From the NCBI RefSeq assembly GCF_009914755.1, contig NC_060931.1: a stretch of 64,000 nt of DNA. One strand, 5' to 3'. Each line of letters opens with the position of its first letter. Positions within the stretch are counted from its first letter, which is position 1. A model generated the notes under the pieces. The model did no database searches, was not told the origin of the DNA, and saw only the letters and a list, made by a program, of their open reading frames with translations. Below, piece after piece: positions 47,318 through 62,018 of the stretch. Made by a program: the position numbers and the translations under genes. Origin of the DNA: the human T2T-CHM13v2.0 reference genome, Homo sapiens.

Positions 47318-50300
47318 TAAATGAACTCTGAACTTAGGAAAGTCCATCAGCTAATACTATTCAAGAATATGATTTCATGTTTAGCCCCCTTCTAATGTGT
47401 TTGTGCAACCTTGCTATTATTCAAGTGTTTAAGATTTTAATCAGAAAGACCAGTTTAGTAATGAACAGTGAATATCCCAGATAAGTGTCCTATAAACTCT
47501 TGTTTGGCTACATTAAAAAATCTTTTCAAAAATAAGTGCTAGCATAGTCTAATAAAAGCATCCAGAAGGATACACACTCACCTTGTAGCACTTAGGGAAG
47601 CATCATCTTACCACTGAGGGTTAGGGTTTTAAAACGATGTGCCTTATAAATTCCAAACTATTTATGAGCTAGAGCAGGGGTTGGCAAACATGGCCTGGAT
47701 ATTTGTTTTTGTATATGAAGTTTTACTGGGATGCAGCCATGCCCATCCGTTTATGTATTGTCTATGGCAATGTTACATCAGTGACCATGTAGTTTGCAAA
47801 GGCATGCCTTCGCAAAAAGGGTATGCCTAGGAAAAAGTTTGCCAACTTTTGAACTGAAGGACTTTTTAATACCACCTTTTAAATATCCTTTTCATTCCAA
47901 AAATTTCCTGGTTAAGATTTTTTAGGGCAAATAAAGGGGAACCTTATTTCACTGAGATAATTATAATTCTAAATGACACATGATTATACAGGCTGCCTAT
48001 TATTGCTTTGATAAAAACAGGCATTGGGCTTGGCCTCTCCACAGACTGCTGTACTGGTCAGTTGCTACTTTTCTATTATGAGTGTCTGTCTCATACACTC
48101 ACATCAGCTTCTTCACACTCTCACTCCTCTGCTGCTGCTACCTCTTCAAGGATGCTTCTTGAGCCTGCATTAATTATCTGCCTCCTTTCCCTTGTTTCTT
48201 CTTGCTAGTTTTACCATGTTTCTCAGGTACTCTGGATTTGGTGAAAATACCAGAAGCTTTGATCATCTCATATTATTTACCTTATTTGGTTCTAGCTTAT
48301 TTTTTAAAAACTTCAGTGTTAAATATTTGTTTAGAGTTATTCACATACTAATTCACACTAACTTCTTACTTATCATTCCCCTTCTTGCATCTCAGTCTTT
48401 CCTTTTGGGTTTAATTTGCTTCTTCCTGAAGTGCATCCAACTTGTCACTCCATTTGTTGCTTGGGGGTACTAGGCACCTCTGGGCGTGGCCTTGGATCAG
48501 CTCTTGCCTTTTGCAACAATACTCTCTTGCTCTTATTTGGGAATTTCTTCTTTGGCCCTACCCTGCTTGTTTTCTGTCTTTCAAGGTTTCCTTATCATTT
48601 CTTGTTTGATGGATCCAATTCTTCTGGTCCAAAGCAGATACTGATCAACTCACTTTAAAAACATCTTTTCTGTCACTGGGGGCAAAAAGAGAACACCACA
48701 GAATGTGCTCACACCTAAACTTTGAAATGGAAGCCTCTCATCTGTTGATCTCTACATTTTTCTCATTTACCAGCTTGCCAATTAAAAATGAGGCCACAAG
48801 TCTTTTTACCTGCAGATATGTACATGTTCCATTTCTCATTAACTGACCTGACAGTACTTCTGAAAGGCAATTTCAAGTAATAGTAAGAACACAGGCTGCT
48901 GAATCCTACATCTTGGAACAAATCTTGATTCCATTACATTGTATTTGACTTTCAAGCAGTTAGACCACCCCGAGATAAATGGTTTCCTTATCCATAAAAG
49001 AGAGATAATAATACCTAAGTATTTGGGTTTATAATAAATTATAAATGATACAGCATATCATATAAAGTTTGATTTCAAATATTCTAGCAATCATGTTTGT
49101 TTTTCTGATTTCTCCCCTATTAGTTGTGATCATACTGAGTTTCTAAATCCCTGTTTATTATTTTGCCTTTTTTCGTATGCTAAGGATAAATCAACTGGAT
49201 AATGTATTGGAAATGTCAATGAATCTGGAAAGTTCTTAAACCAAGTCTTTTCAAGTGAATTCATAATAATCCATAAGAATTCTACTTTTGATAAAAGGCA
49301 GAACAAATTAGACTTAATATAAACACTGATTATAACTTTTAAAAGATGCACTGGAACAACTCTATTTTAGCAACTAAGAATTTTTGAAAGAGTATAATCA
49401 ATTTTCAAAAAAAATCTGCCTAACAAAACTACAGGGTATCCATTAAAGAAGCTTATGCAATAATAAAATCAAAGTAATTAATTTTGAAAAAGCAGAACTA
49501 AAATGTACTATGCTGATTTCAAAAAGAAGAAAATCTCTTTCATATAAAACAACAGCTCTACATGGTTACAAACGGTCTGCTACCAACATAGCTATCTCCA
49601 AATGTCACTTATTTGGCTAAAAAAAGTCAAGGTTCAGACACAAAAGAACAAAATGGGCATAAGCAAAAGAAAAAACAAACTAGTTAAAAGTAAGACAACT
49701 CACAATCAATAATTTAGCAACACAGTACACACACAGAGAACCTTCTGGGATGACATCTTAGGGCCTAATGTACATGCAAATCAAGCCAACTTTTCAGGAA
49801 CTCATTTAATGTTTTCAACTCTTTAACAACGGAAACTTACAACCACAAGGTCTCAATGACCTGAAGCCTCATGTTTTGGGAATAAGGAGTACAGAACAAT
49901 GGTTTGGGTTCTCTATAGAATAAAAAATATATCCTGTTTTGTTTTTCCTAGGAGGACAGAGAGGTCTAACACAAAGAAAAATTGTTCTGATCTACAGTTT
50001 GAGATATGGTTAGAAGGAAAGAGTACATTTAGGGCAGCTCATTTAGTAAATGACAAGGGACCTAAGCAAAAAATGATCCCATGGAGGTTTTTATTTTCAG
50101 AGAACAAAACCCTTGGCTGGGTAAAAAAAAGGTCAGGGAAAAGGCGGGAACGAAGGGTAAGGAGGGAGTCCTCCATTTCTTTTGAGAGCTAGCAGATAGG
50201 CTGAAGCCATGGAAATAAAGCCAATGCTGAGGAAGAGACCTGGGACAGGCCAAAAATAAAAATAAAAAAATCAGATCATGGTCATGTGTCTTAAATCCAG

Positions 50301-51805
50301 GGTCAAGCTGTGCCTCAACTGTACAGTTATATAAATTAATAAGATCTCTTTACTGTTTAAGCCTGTCTGAGCTGGGTTCAGTTACTTGCAAGACAGAGTC
50401 CTAACTAATACAATATTGAAATTATATAAATCTTTCATAAACAGCAAATCTGTTTTTGATACAGTAAGCAAAAATATTTCCCAGGGATGAAATTATCTAG
50501 CAGTATTCAAAGGTACTTTGTAATCCTTTCGCAGATCTTGGGGAGGGATGAACAGTAAAGAGAAAGACAGTGACTGGAAATCTTTGCGAGCACACCCTAT
50601 CACAGATGCTGGATCCACTAGCGGCAAAGAGTAATATTTCCATTTATTTTGGCTTTTGGACAAATGCATCATTCTTATCAGTAAGGTATAAAAATTGCTC
50701 TTGATATATAACCCAAACCCAAACAACAACAAACATATTTAAAGAAATCCAGTAATTGTGGTTAACATGAAGCTATGGATAGAAAAAACCCTAGCTCTAT
50801 TTAGAGGACCCAAATTAACTGCTTTTAGAACCATATCTTTACAAAGTTGTCAATAAAGTGTTAAGAGATAAATGTGCTATCTTCTTTCCCAATTTTCTTC
50901 GTATCTTACTGAAGCTGACACTACAAAGCATTAAAATCCTCTTCAGCCTTAGTTATAATAAAAGCTACTACTTATTGAGTGCTTACTATGTATCAGGCAC
51001 TGTGGCAAAATGCTTTATATACATCTACTCATTTCTGTTTTTCTCTTGCTTCTTTTAGTAGGGCTTAAGATCCCAAATGAAATATTATAAACAACACTTT
51101 CCAGAGTATGGTCATAAAATGACAAGGCTGGGATTAAATACTAGTGATAATACTGTAACTGGTAATATTTTCTGAAGATTTCTTGCTTTCCAACATCTGT
51201 AGGATCCATCTAATACAGCTAGAATGGCGGCAACTAAATGGTTAATTTCTGAGTCTGGATTTTGAACTCCATCTAAGGGCTTATAATAGCAAAGACAAAA
51301 AAGGTAGGAAAACTCCAAATTTACCACTATCTCAAGCATATCAAGAAACCAGATAACTTGGAGAGTCCTTACTTAACAGCAAACTACCTCTAACCATTTT
51401 GCTCGGTATGTATTCCAGAAAATGAAACATATACATTTCAAACCAGTGCTACTCAAAGCATGGTGTATGAACCTGGTGCCAGTCCACAAAGTGTTACTGT
51501 CCAAAATGACATTCTTCTATATCATCAAGTACAATGGTTATTTCAAGCTGGTTTCTGTGTGTGTGTGTGTAAAATATTTTCTTGACAAAGAAGACTGCTG
51601 ATTTATATTCACCCAAGCTCCTTACCTACCACAAACTGGTAACAGTTTATGGGCCAGCTATTTTGAGTAACACTACACTTCAATTTTGTATATTGCTTCC
51701 AGTTTTCTGTCCCTGCTGCCACACAAAATTCAAATAAATTAACAATCAAATACTTGGCTTAAACACAGTAATAGAAAAAGCAATACTATTAGCAATTGAC
51801 CTCAC

Positions 51806-51889
51806 CTTTGACAGAAGCAATTTCACACAGGAAACATGACCCTCATAGACAGCAGACAGAAGAGGAGTAATATGATGTTTATCTGGAGC
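51806..51889 (-). CDS. MTPN: Myotrophin coding exon 3 ([28 protein letters not shown], 28 aa)
   Basis: Minus-strand translation with ankyrin TPL motif; acceptor tttcatag|GCT, donor AAG|gtgag; 84 nt, phase 0/0. Confidence 0.97.
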
Positions 51890-52723
51890 CTATGAAATAA
51901 TAAACAGAGATAACTTTATCTGTTTTTCATTTCTTCCTACTTTCTAGTTTTAACTAGAAAACTCTTTCTAGATTTACCTATTTGCCTTTCTAGAAAATCA
52001 ATCAATCAATCAATCCACAGAGTCAAGTGTCTAGTCTCTTAAAGCTACCAGAGACCCAAGCCCACGAGCAATGTCTTTCCTTAGGAGTCATAGTAGTAGA
52101 GCATAGGGAGCAGGGCTTTGACCTCAGCTCAAATCTTGGCTCTGCCACTTACTATGGTACTATTATTTAGCCTCTCTAAGCCTTGATTCCCCACAACTGT
52201 AGAAATGCCAGTGTGGTCCAGTAAGGGAAAACAGGGGTAAAACACAGCCAAAGAGGAGGTAAAAGGGCCGGGTAGCATGGCATCCCCTGAAATACAGAAG
52301 CTACAAAAGGCTAAAGTTGGGAGATGACTGCGCTTATCTGACCACTTGCCCATTGACCTTTGTCCAATAATCCATTTTAGATTTAGCCTATGACTGCAGA
52401 GTCCTATGCTGTATTACATCATAGCCATTTGTTACCCACAGATAGTGCTAACTCCCCAAGCTTTAGAACTTGAAAAGCAACAGCCACAGGGGAAACATAC
52501 TAACCTTCAATTTTTGTCAGCTTAAAAAAGTCAGCTTTTTTGGCTTATTTTTAAAAATCCCACCACTGTATATCTAAGTTATAGGCAATTTGGCATAATT
52601 TCAGACTGTATTCTTATTTAGAATGAAGTTTCTACAAATAGCTATTTTATAATCTATAGAAAACAATTACCCATAGCATATTAACAGAAAATTTTTTCAA
52701 GAATGATCACGTCCTCTACGTAC

Positions 52724-52837
52724 ATTAATATCTGCTCCTTTCAGCAGCAGAAATTCCAGGATTTCAAGCTGCCCACAATCTGCTGCATAATGAAGAGGTT
52801 TCCTTCCACCTTCTAGTGTCCGGTTGACATCTTCTCC
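52724..52837 (-). CDS. MTPN: Myotrophin coding exon 2 ([38 protein letters not shown], 38 aa)
   Basis: Manual minus-strand translation matches myotrophin ankyrin repeat sequence; acceptor ...ttttcttatcag|GGA at 52838-52839 and donor AAT|gtacgt at 52722-52723; 114 nt, phase 0/0. Confidence 0.97.
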
Positions 52838-53887
52838 CTGATAAGAAAACCAAATGAAAACAATATTTATATGAATGGAAGACTGAAGAAGTGAAATGAG
52901 GCACCTGATACTTTTACTTTCTTAAAGCCGTGAGAGTTTCATGAAACAATTAACATTTCTTGCAAAATAAAATAACCAAAAACTTGAAATGAAATTCTGC
53001 ACAAGAGTTAACATACAGTATGATGGAAATTCAAGCCACAATTAGTTAAGCTGAAAACAATATACAATAATGATAAATATAACGAAATACATTACTGTCC
53101 TCCATTTCTAAGGAGTTCAATCAGCATAGTGTCAATATGTGACCACAGAAGACTAGTGAGTTCAAGCACTGAGATTTTACACAGTTCATATTACATGTAT
53201 TTTAATTCTTCAAAGAAAGTATTCCCACTTTGATGTAGGCAGCCATCAATATCACAATGTAATTTCAGTATTAGGTATTAAGAATTTATTTCATTTAACA
53301 TTCAGTAGAGCCCAATTGTGTAGCAGGCACTGTGCTAGACAGTAGGAAGACAGTGGTCAGCAAAATCAGACATGACTCCTGACTGTATGAAGCTTACCGT
53401 CTGGGGTTGGGGGGCAGATATTAATAATCACATAATTAAACATATAATTTCAAAATACAAGTGCTACAAAAAATGGAACTCAGGGCTTTCAGAAGAACAT
53501 GACAATCCTGGTGATGAATGGAGGTATAGTGCCAGAAAAATGAACTTAAGTCCAAAAAAGTCATTTTCATTCACTGAAGATTAACAGAGACTAAAAATGA
53601 TGACTACCTTCGCTATGGACCAGCTGCAATACATCTGGCACTGTGATACACCCATTATTTCTAATCTTCAAACTACCCCAAGAAGAGAATAACCTCCATC
53701 TAATACATGAAAACTCTAAAGCTGAAGAGGTTAAATAACTTTTTACTGTGGTTCAGTTAGTAACAGAGTAGAGATTTAAACCCATTCTCTTTCTGTACCA
53801 ACATGCTGTTTCTAATTCGCTATTTGCCCCTTCCCTCTTAGGAGAGTTCAGATTTTACTGAGGAGCAAAACATCCTATATTCTCTCA

Positions 53888-54170
53888 GCCGGGTGTGGTG
53901 GCTCACACCTGTAATCCCAGCACTTTGGGAGGCCAAGACTGGTACATCACTTGAGCCTAGGAGTTCAAGACCAGCCTGGGAAACATGGCAAAACCCCATC
54001 TCTACTAAAAATATAAAATTAGCCAGGCGTGATGGCATGCTCCTGTGGTCCAGCTACTTGGGAGGTGAGGTGGGAGGATCCCCTGAGCCCAGGAAGTTGA
54101 GGCTGCAGTGAGCCATGACCCTGCCACTACACTCCAGCCTGGGTGACAGGAGTGAGACCCTGGCTCAGAC
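53888..54170 (+). mobile_element. AluJ-like SINE (MTPN intron 1)
   Basis: Alu consensus. Confidence 0.88.
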
Positions 54171-55867
54171 AAAGTTTATTTTCTCAACAATTGTATTATT
54201 CACTTAGCATAGTTTGGTCAACTCATCAAGCCATACCCTGAATCAAGATGTTCAGAGCCCTATCATTTTACAGCCACTATAAACCATTCTTTCAAACACA
54301 CATACTCCAAACTCCTCCAAACTCCCCTTCCCCTTTGTCACTTATGCCTGCTCCCTCCTTCCTTCCCATTAATTTAAATACTATAGGTCCTACAAGCCTC
54401 AATCAAATTTAAGATTTACTTTGTCTATGAAACTTTCCATGATAATGGCAAGCTCTCTTTCTCGTAAAACTCACAGGAATCAGTTAGTATTTAAATATAT
54501 GGTACCCTTACAACTTTGTGTATGCCTTCTTTCCCAACAGAATGCAAATTCCTTGGGAGTAGAAATTATATGTTTTCTTCTTTATATTTTCCTACAGTAT
54601 GATGTGGGAGTTAAGAACAGGAGCTCCATCACCATTAGATCTTGGGCAAGTTACTTACTTTCTATGTGCAGAGATGACAGTACCTGCAGCTCATGGAGTT
54701 GTGGGGGTTAAACTACATGATCCATGTAAGGCACTTAAATATCACACTAGCTAATATTAACAGAAATACGGTTAGCTATTATCTATAAGTATTATCTATG
54801 TATGTAATAGGTATACTCAAATATGAATTTACTTATTTTTAAGCATTCTGAGAGAAGGGTGATATCAACTGTCTACCATAGCAACCAATGGTGTCAGTGA
54901 AGCATTAAGGGAACTAAATTATAGAGTGTTTCCAAATTCCAGCCCACATGTGTATTTCAAATATATATTTTTTTGGAGGATCAAGAGTTTCATCAGAAAG
55001 CATTTTCCTACCTGAAATATTAGATGATAAAACAATCTAAGTTAAGACTACTTCAATAATTCAAAGCAATAATTTCTAAATGATTGTTTACTTAAGTTAA
55101 TATGTGATACATGCATTACAACAGGGCCTCCTGTAAATCAGAAGGATATAGAAGGAATGTATAATGTATATATGTAATATAATGTATATATATAATGTCT
55201 ATATAAGGATGTATAATGTGCCTAAAATCACTGGAGACCAGGTTAGCACTCCAACTCTACCACTTAGTTGTGGGACCAGAGACCAGGTACTTTCTAAATT
55301 TTGGTTTCCTTATCCGTAAAATGGGAATAGAAATGTCTACACTTCACAGGGTTTCAGTGTTTCACTGGAAGAGATAACCTATGCAGTGTTTAGCATAGTG
55401 CCTGACACATTGTTTAACAAATGTTTAATGAAGGCTATTATATTTAATAAAGGTTCACTATTATTTTTGTGGATTCCTGGTACTGGCTTATACTAGACAA
55501 AAGATTATTCAAAATAGGATTAAGGCAGGTTTCTGCATAATGGTTGAAATATGAATAATTAAAGATATTATTTATTGTAACATGCTTTATATTCAAAATC
55601 AAATTTAAATAGTAAGGGCGAACTAGCATACCACCTTAGTCTTTATTCACAACTACAAAAATGTTGTTGAGGCAAAGAATGCTTAACAATTCAGATAAAA
55701 TTAGTTTGCCCCCCATTATTAACATTTCCTTTCTGTTAATATTAGCTAGACAGGATTAACTGGACGAGTCTTTAGAGTGAGACAAAGCAAATAAATAAGT
55801 GCAATAAATCATCAATAAGATCTTTGTCAAAGATACTTCTGTGAACCAAAAATGTTACATCCTTCAG

Positions 55868-56184
<317 letters not shown>

Positions 56185-56349
56185 TTAATACCAGTGCAAA
56201 ATGCCTATGAAATGGAGTTGTGAGTTTAAATTTTCTCCTTTATTCCTTCAGACATTTACATTACAATTCTTATTTTAGCAGACAAAAAGACGATGAGACT
56301 GAAAAGGCTTTGTGTGACTGACAGAAAAAAATCCTTGTCAGCAGGGCCT

Positions 56350-57325
56350 TAGCAAAGCAGTACTTATAGAGAAATTTATAGCACTAAATGCCTGTACTGG
56401 AAAAATAGAAAGATTTCAAATGAATAATCTTTGTATTTCCATCATAAGAAACTAGAAAAAAAATTAAATCCAAAATAAGCAAGAGAAAAGAATAAAGATC
56501 AGGGTAAAAATCAAAGAAACAGAAAACAGAAAAATGAGAGGAATCACAAGCTGATTCTTCAAGATCAATACAACTGATAAGCCTCTAGCAAACGTCATCA
56601 GGAAAAGAGCGAAGATACAAAGTGCCAATATTGGACAACAGATTACCTCCCCACAAAGAAACCTTCAGACTCCAGATGGCACCACTGTGAATTCTACCAG
56701 ACATTTAAGGGAAGAAATAATACCAATTCTACCCACTCTTCCCGAAAATGGAAGCGATGGGATGTTATCTCAACTCATTCTATGAGTTCAGCATTACTTT
56801 GATTCCAAAACAAGACAAAGATGTTATAAGAAAATACTGTATGCCAATATTCCTCATGACAAGTGATGGAAAAATTTTACACAAAATTTTAGCAAACGTA
56901 ATCCAACACTATGTAAAAAGGATAATATACCATGACCAGTGGGGTTTATCCCAGGAATAAGGTTGATTTAATATTCGAAAAGTCAGTGAATATAATTTAC
57001 CATTTTAACACAGAGAAAGCCATATGATTGACCATCTCAATGGATTATAAAAAAAAAAAAACCCAATATGCATTTGTCATCAGAATTTAGCAAACTAGGA
57101 TAAGAAGGAAACTTCCTTGGCCTACAAAAAACCTACATTTAAGATCATACTTAATTGGTGAAAGACTGAATGCTTTCCTCCTAAGATCAGGAATAAGACA
57201 AGGATGTCTGTTCTTACCACTTCAATGTTGCACTAGCGGTTCTAATCAGTACAACCAGGCATGAAAAGAAATAAAAGGCATCCATTTCGAAAAGGAAGAA
57301 TTAAAGCTGTCTTTATCTGCAGATC
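56350..57325 (+). mobile_element. Degenerate L1 ORF2 fragment
   Basis: ORF 56748-56960 (NSFYEFSITLIPK...KILHKILANVIQ) resembles L1 ORF2p RT region; frameshifted. Confidence 0.85.
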
Positions 57326-58821
57326 CCATGGTTAGGGGGGTGCTGAATGACAATTTCACCAGGTTTTCAGCAGTCTTGATGCACCGGTGGTAGGTCCAAT
57401 AGTGGTGATGAAATAGGAAAGGAAGATAGTGCTCTATATAGTTCCTTTCTTCCCTGCCTCCGGCCTATACTTTAGGCCTTAGTGACATTAGCAGAGATAA
57501 AGATACCTATTCTGTAATCTTCATTCTAACTTCATAAAACATTACCAGTTACAGAAAAAAATGAAAACCTAATTTTCTTTCCCAAATTCTGGGGATAGAG
57601 AAGAGAGATACACAATATTAACACGTTCCTTAGCTCACATGGAAATGTTACCATGTTTTCCTTTTCCTCTGGCTCTTCCACTTTCCACAGATACTATTTT
57701 AAACCTCTTCTACTTATTATAGACCTTAGACTTTTCTGTCTCCTCCTTCCCCTTCATTCTCAGCAGATGAGCCCATATCCTTCTTTATACAGAGGACATG
57801 ATCTCCCTCAGGAACTTCTATCACACCTTCTTGGAACTGACTCATCCTCTCATCCTATCAAAAGCCATCCCTCACCTATGTTCTGTATATCGTCCCTTCT
57901 TTCTTTTTTTTGGGGAAAACTTCATGTTTCTTTCTTTTCTTGACTGTGTTTTCAACCTTTCCTGTTTTATTGGCTCCTTCTCACCAGCATGTGCCATTCA
58001 CAGCTCTTCCACTAAAAAAGCAAACAGCAGCAACATCTTGTTGGACTTGACATCTGCCCTTCAGTTACTGTTCTCTTTCCTCCCTTCCAGGGCTAAACTT
58101 TACAAAAGGATTGTCTGTATTTGCTATCTCCAGTGTTTCACCGTCCACTCTAATTTGGCTTCCACCCTCAACACTATTACCATAACCATTTTTGCCGAGG
58201 TCAAGGGTCTCCATGTTGCAAATACAAAGCTTCCCTTTACTCTTAAAACTCTTTCTTTTCATTGCAACATGAAGTCTGTCAGTTATTAAATTCAGAACCT
58301 AGATTGTATTATATTAAAACATACTAAGTTGTTTTGAAGCTATTATTTTCTCTAAATATGGTATATTCCATATATGTAATCTAAATAACATATATAATGT
58401 ATATACATAACATACATATGAAACACTACTACTTCATAGTATATTCTGGTGAGTAGTTTAAATTAAATACATACACTGTATCTGGAACCACCATAGAAAC
58501 CATAACATGCTTTAGGATGGGTTGACTTCTGGTGCTTCTAAGAGTAAGATGAGGATTTAGATTATAGTGGAAAGGAGAAAGTCTATGTGAAATTCTAAAC
58601 CAAATGGAACCCAAGAAAGGTCTTAAGATTACATTCTGGCAACCCGAGATTAGCTTCTCTTGAGTCTTCCTTGGTCCTAACCTGAATTCTTCTTAGTGTT
58701 AAAAAATTGGAAAGAAAAAAAAAAGTGACAGTGCATGACCAGTTTACATCAATAAGTTGGTGAGTTCCATGTCAGAGGAGAACCTAATTATTATATCATT
58801 TATTCCAATGTCAAAGCATAG

Positions 58822-59250
58822 TGCTATAATTTTGATGTGTGTCCAGGAAAATCTCATGTTGAAATTTGATCCCAATATTAGAGGTGCGGGCCTAAAGAGA
58901 GGTGTTTGGGTCATGGGAGCGGGATCTCTGAAGAATAGATTAATGTTCTCACTGGGTGTGAGATAAGTGAGTTCTTATCCCATTAGTTCTTGTGAGAGCT
59001 GGTGTTAATAAGAGCCTGGCACCTCCTCCCTCCCTTGCTTCCTCTCTCACCATGTGATCTCTCTACACCTGGCTCCCCTTCATTTTCTGCCATGAGTGGA
59101 GGCACCCTGTGACCCTTCACAGATGCAGGTGCCCAATCTTAAACTTTCCTAGACAACAGAATCAGAATCATGAACCAAATAAACCTTGTTCTTTATAAAG
59201 TACTCAGCCTCAGATACTCCTTTGTAACAACCCTAAACGGACTAAAACAC
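58822..59250 (+). mobile_element. MST/MLT1A-type MaLR solo LTR
   Basis: tgctataattttgatgtgtgtcc...aaacggactaaaaca. Confidence 0.75.
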
Positions 59251-61909
59251 GTGGCATTTTAGGACTGGGCACTGGACAGGTTTTTCAACCTAAAAAAATT
59301 AAATACTATTGGTATTTTCCTGATATTCTTGATATATAATTCCCTTCCTTTAATCCTCATAGTTCTTGTTTATATGTCTTTCATTACATTTACCTCTATT
59401 CGATCAGGTATGTTATTTATATACTTTAATAAAAACTTCATTAAAGAAAGGACAATGAAAGAACAATGTCTTACTTGTTTATATACTGCCTACAATGTCT
59501 GTGGGTGACTTGTGCATAGCAGTCTTATTTTAATAGTTTCTACAGTCACTTATAACAGCTTTGTCACAGTGCAACCTGTTGCCTACCAAACAGCTACTAC
59601 TTCACAAAGTGGTATTTTTAAAACCTTATTAGGGTCTTTGAAAGTTATACAATCTCAGTGTTGGAAGGGGCTCTGAATGTCATCTAATTCAGCCACCCAT
59701 TCTATGTTTTAATCCTTGCTTGTGTCTGCCCAACCTATAACTGAGTATCTCTAATGAAAGGCAATTCAGAACCTTGCTGATCAGTCCATTCCTGCTCTCA
59801 GTACTGGAAAATTCACTGTTTACTAGTTATGGTTCTATCTCTTGCAGACACATGGCACAAGCAATTCTTATTTTTACATTAGGTTATTACTTGTGTTTAA
59901 CAGTCACAACACACTGTAACTACAACTAATTATTTTCATTGATTTGCTGTTATCCTGAATTTGAGTCACTAATGGGTCAGAGAGACCTACCATCTGCTGA
60001 TCCCTGATCTAGTTCATGACACTTTCATCCAATCATCCTTCCCCATCATTCCCTCAAGGATATCTCTGAAACATTCAAATTTCACTAAAGTATTTCAGAT
60101 TATCTTTATAACAGTCTAGAAACTTCAAAGAAAGGAAATTAGTACAGCATGATTTCTAACCGATCCCCTGATAAGTGTTATAAACCACTCCATTGCCACC
60201 ACATACATATTTATAAAATAAAATCTGGAAATTAAAAAATATTTTAGCAAGGCCTACCATCCAAAATACAACCATTGTTACCACTCTGCTATAATTCTGT
60301 TTAATCTTTTTCTATGAAAATAATTGCTTTAAAAAGTTGTGAACACACTATGTATTCTTTCACGAGACATCATTCTTGAAAGATACATATATCCTATCAA
60401 GTGGATGTACCATAGTTTACTTATTCTAATTCTAGACATGCAATAAATATCAAATACCCTGTAACACTAAAATTCTTATTTTATAGAACATAACAGTTAC
60501 ATTATTTCATTGATTCCTAAGCACACATTTTTCTGTATTTTAATGTCCCTAAAATTGGTCACAGACACCCTTTGCCTTGGAGATTGGCGGAAAAGTACTC
60601 ATGGGTTGATTATGTACTTTGTGTAAACACTAACAATCATTCCCTATGCCTGGCTTTGCTACTGAAACCTATACATGGGTGGGTCAAGACATTAGAGTGT
60701 AAAGTATAGAATTAGATTAAGCTGACTCTGAAGAACATAAACGGTGAAATTCACTGATTCGACCTGATGATATTATTCTCATGAAAATTTGGTGAGTGTG
60801 CCATCAACTATTTTTAATCCAGAGAAGAGAAATTAAATATTAAATAGAACATGTCTTACATCTAATTTCTGAAAGCAATGTTATTGGCTGTATAGGAAAT
60901 ATCCCTAGAGTTTAATATATGCCACCTGGCTATCCCCACTGAGTTATTTGCTTTTTTAACAGTACTACAAGCAAGGGAAGATTTTTCTAGTTTGTCAGTA
61001 TTATTCAGGAGGAACATCTGCTTGTTTTTTTTTTTAATGGAACATCTGTTTTTTTAAGATCAAGATAAACTAAGTGTATTGCCTCCTGCTTTACTGCAAC
61101 AACAGAATGAAATCAAACTTACATAGTATACTTTCCTCTTTACAATGCCAAGTTGTTTTTTCCTTCTAGTATTTTATGCTTATTAAATGGTTTATTCTAA
61201 TATTTTCCCAAAGACATCAATTTGGTTACTCAATCATTCATGAAACATTTACTGATAGCTTATAAAGTTTTGGGAACTGTGGCAAGCATCTGAGATAGTG
61301 ATGAAAAAGGAGTCATTCCCCACAAGGAATCTGTAGCCATAAAAGGCAAGACAACAAGTAAACCATTCATATAATGTGATTAAATTATATCATGTGATTA
61401 AAGCTGCAGTACAGGCTATGAGTTTGTTTTGGGAATACAGAAAAGGAGATGTAAGGGGTCTAATCAAGCTACCATGAAGAGATAATTAAGCTTGGGCTAA
61501 GCCTAACATTTTTTTCTTTAAACATTTTTCTCTTTTCCAGTCTTCATGATTTCATGTTTTTTTAAACAATGTAATGAAGTTATGCCTTAGGCAATAGAGA
61601 ATATAAAAGATCGGGTGAACAAAACCACCAGCACTAGGATTCTTCTAGTACATAAGCAGGTTTTAAGTGTGGTCAGAGGCAATCCTCACATCCTAACTGC
61701 TAGCACACCCTAAATCTGAATAGTATTTCCCCTTTAAAGGATAGGTAACAAAGAAAACCAATATGGAGGTAGGGTATAAAAATCATATAGCAAAAGAAAT
61801 ATATTGAAAATTCTTTCCTCTAAAATGTAGTAGAAAAAGAAAATAAAGAAAAAAAACTCTAAGGAAATACATACCTCTGAAATGATTCAATATAAGAAAC
61901 TTAACTTTA

Positions 61910-62018
61910 GTGTTTGCCTCGGCAGCACATATACTAAAATTGGAATGATATACAGAAGATTAGTACGGCCTCTCTGCAAGAGTGACACGCAAATTCATGA
62001 AACAGTCCATATTTTTTT
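61910..62018 (+). pseudogene. U6 snRNA processed pseudogene (full length, antisense in MTPN intron 1)
   Basis: gtgtttgcctcggcagcacatatactaaaattggaa...gacacgcaaattcatgaaacagtccatattttttt aligns to U6; followed by an A tail; TSD aagaaacttaactttag at 61894-61910 and 62043-62059; ACAGAGA box and AGC triad mutated. Confidence 0.95.

Noticed and set aside
57798-58289. 163-aa plus-strand ORF in MTPN intron 1
   Set aside because: Pyrimidine-rich L2-derived sequence; consistent with a chance ORF
61910-62018. Functional U6 snRNA gene
   Set aside because: TSDs and poly-A indicate retrotransposition; ACAGAGA box and AGC triad are mutated; no recognisable PSE upstream
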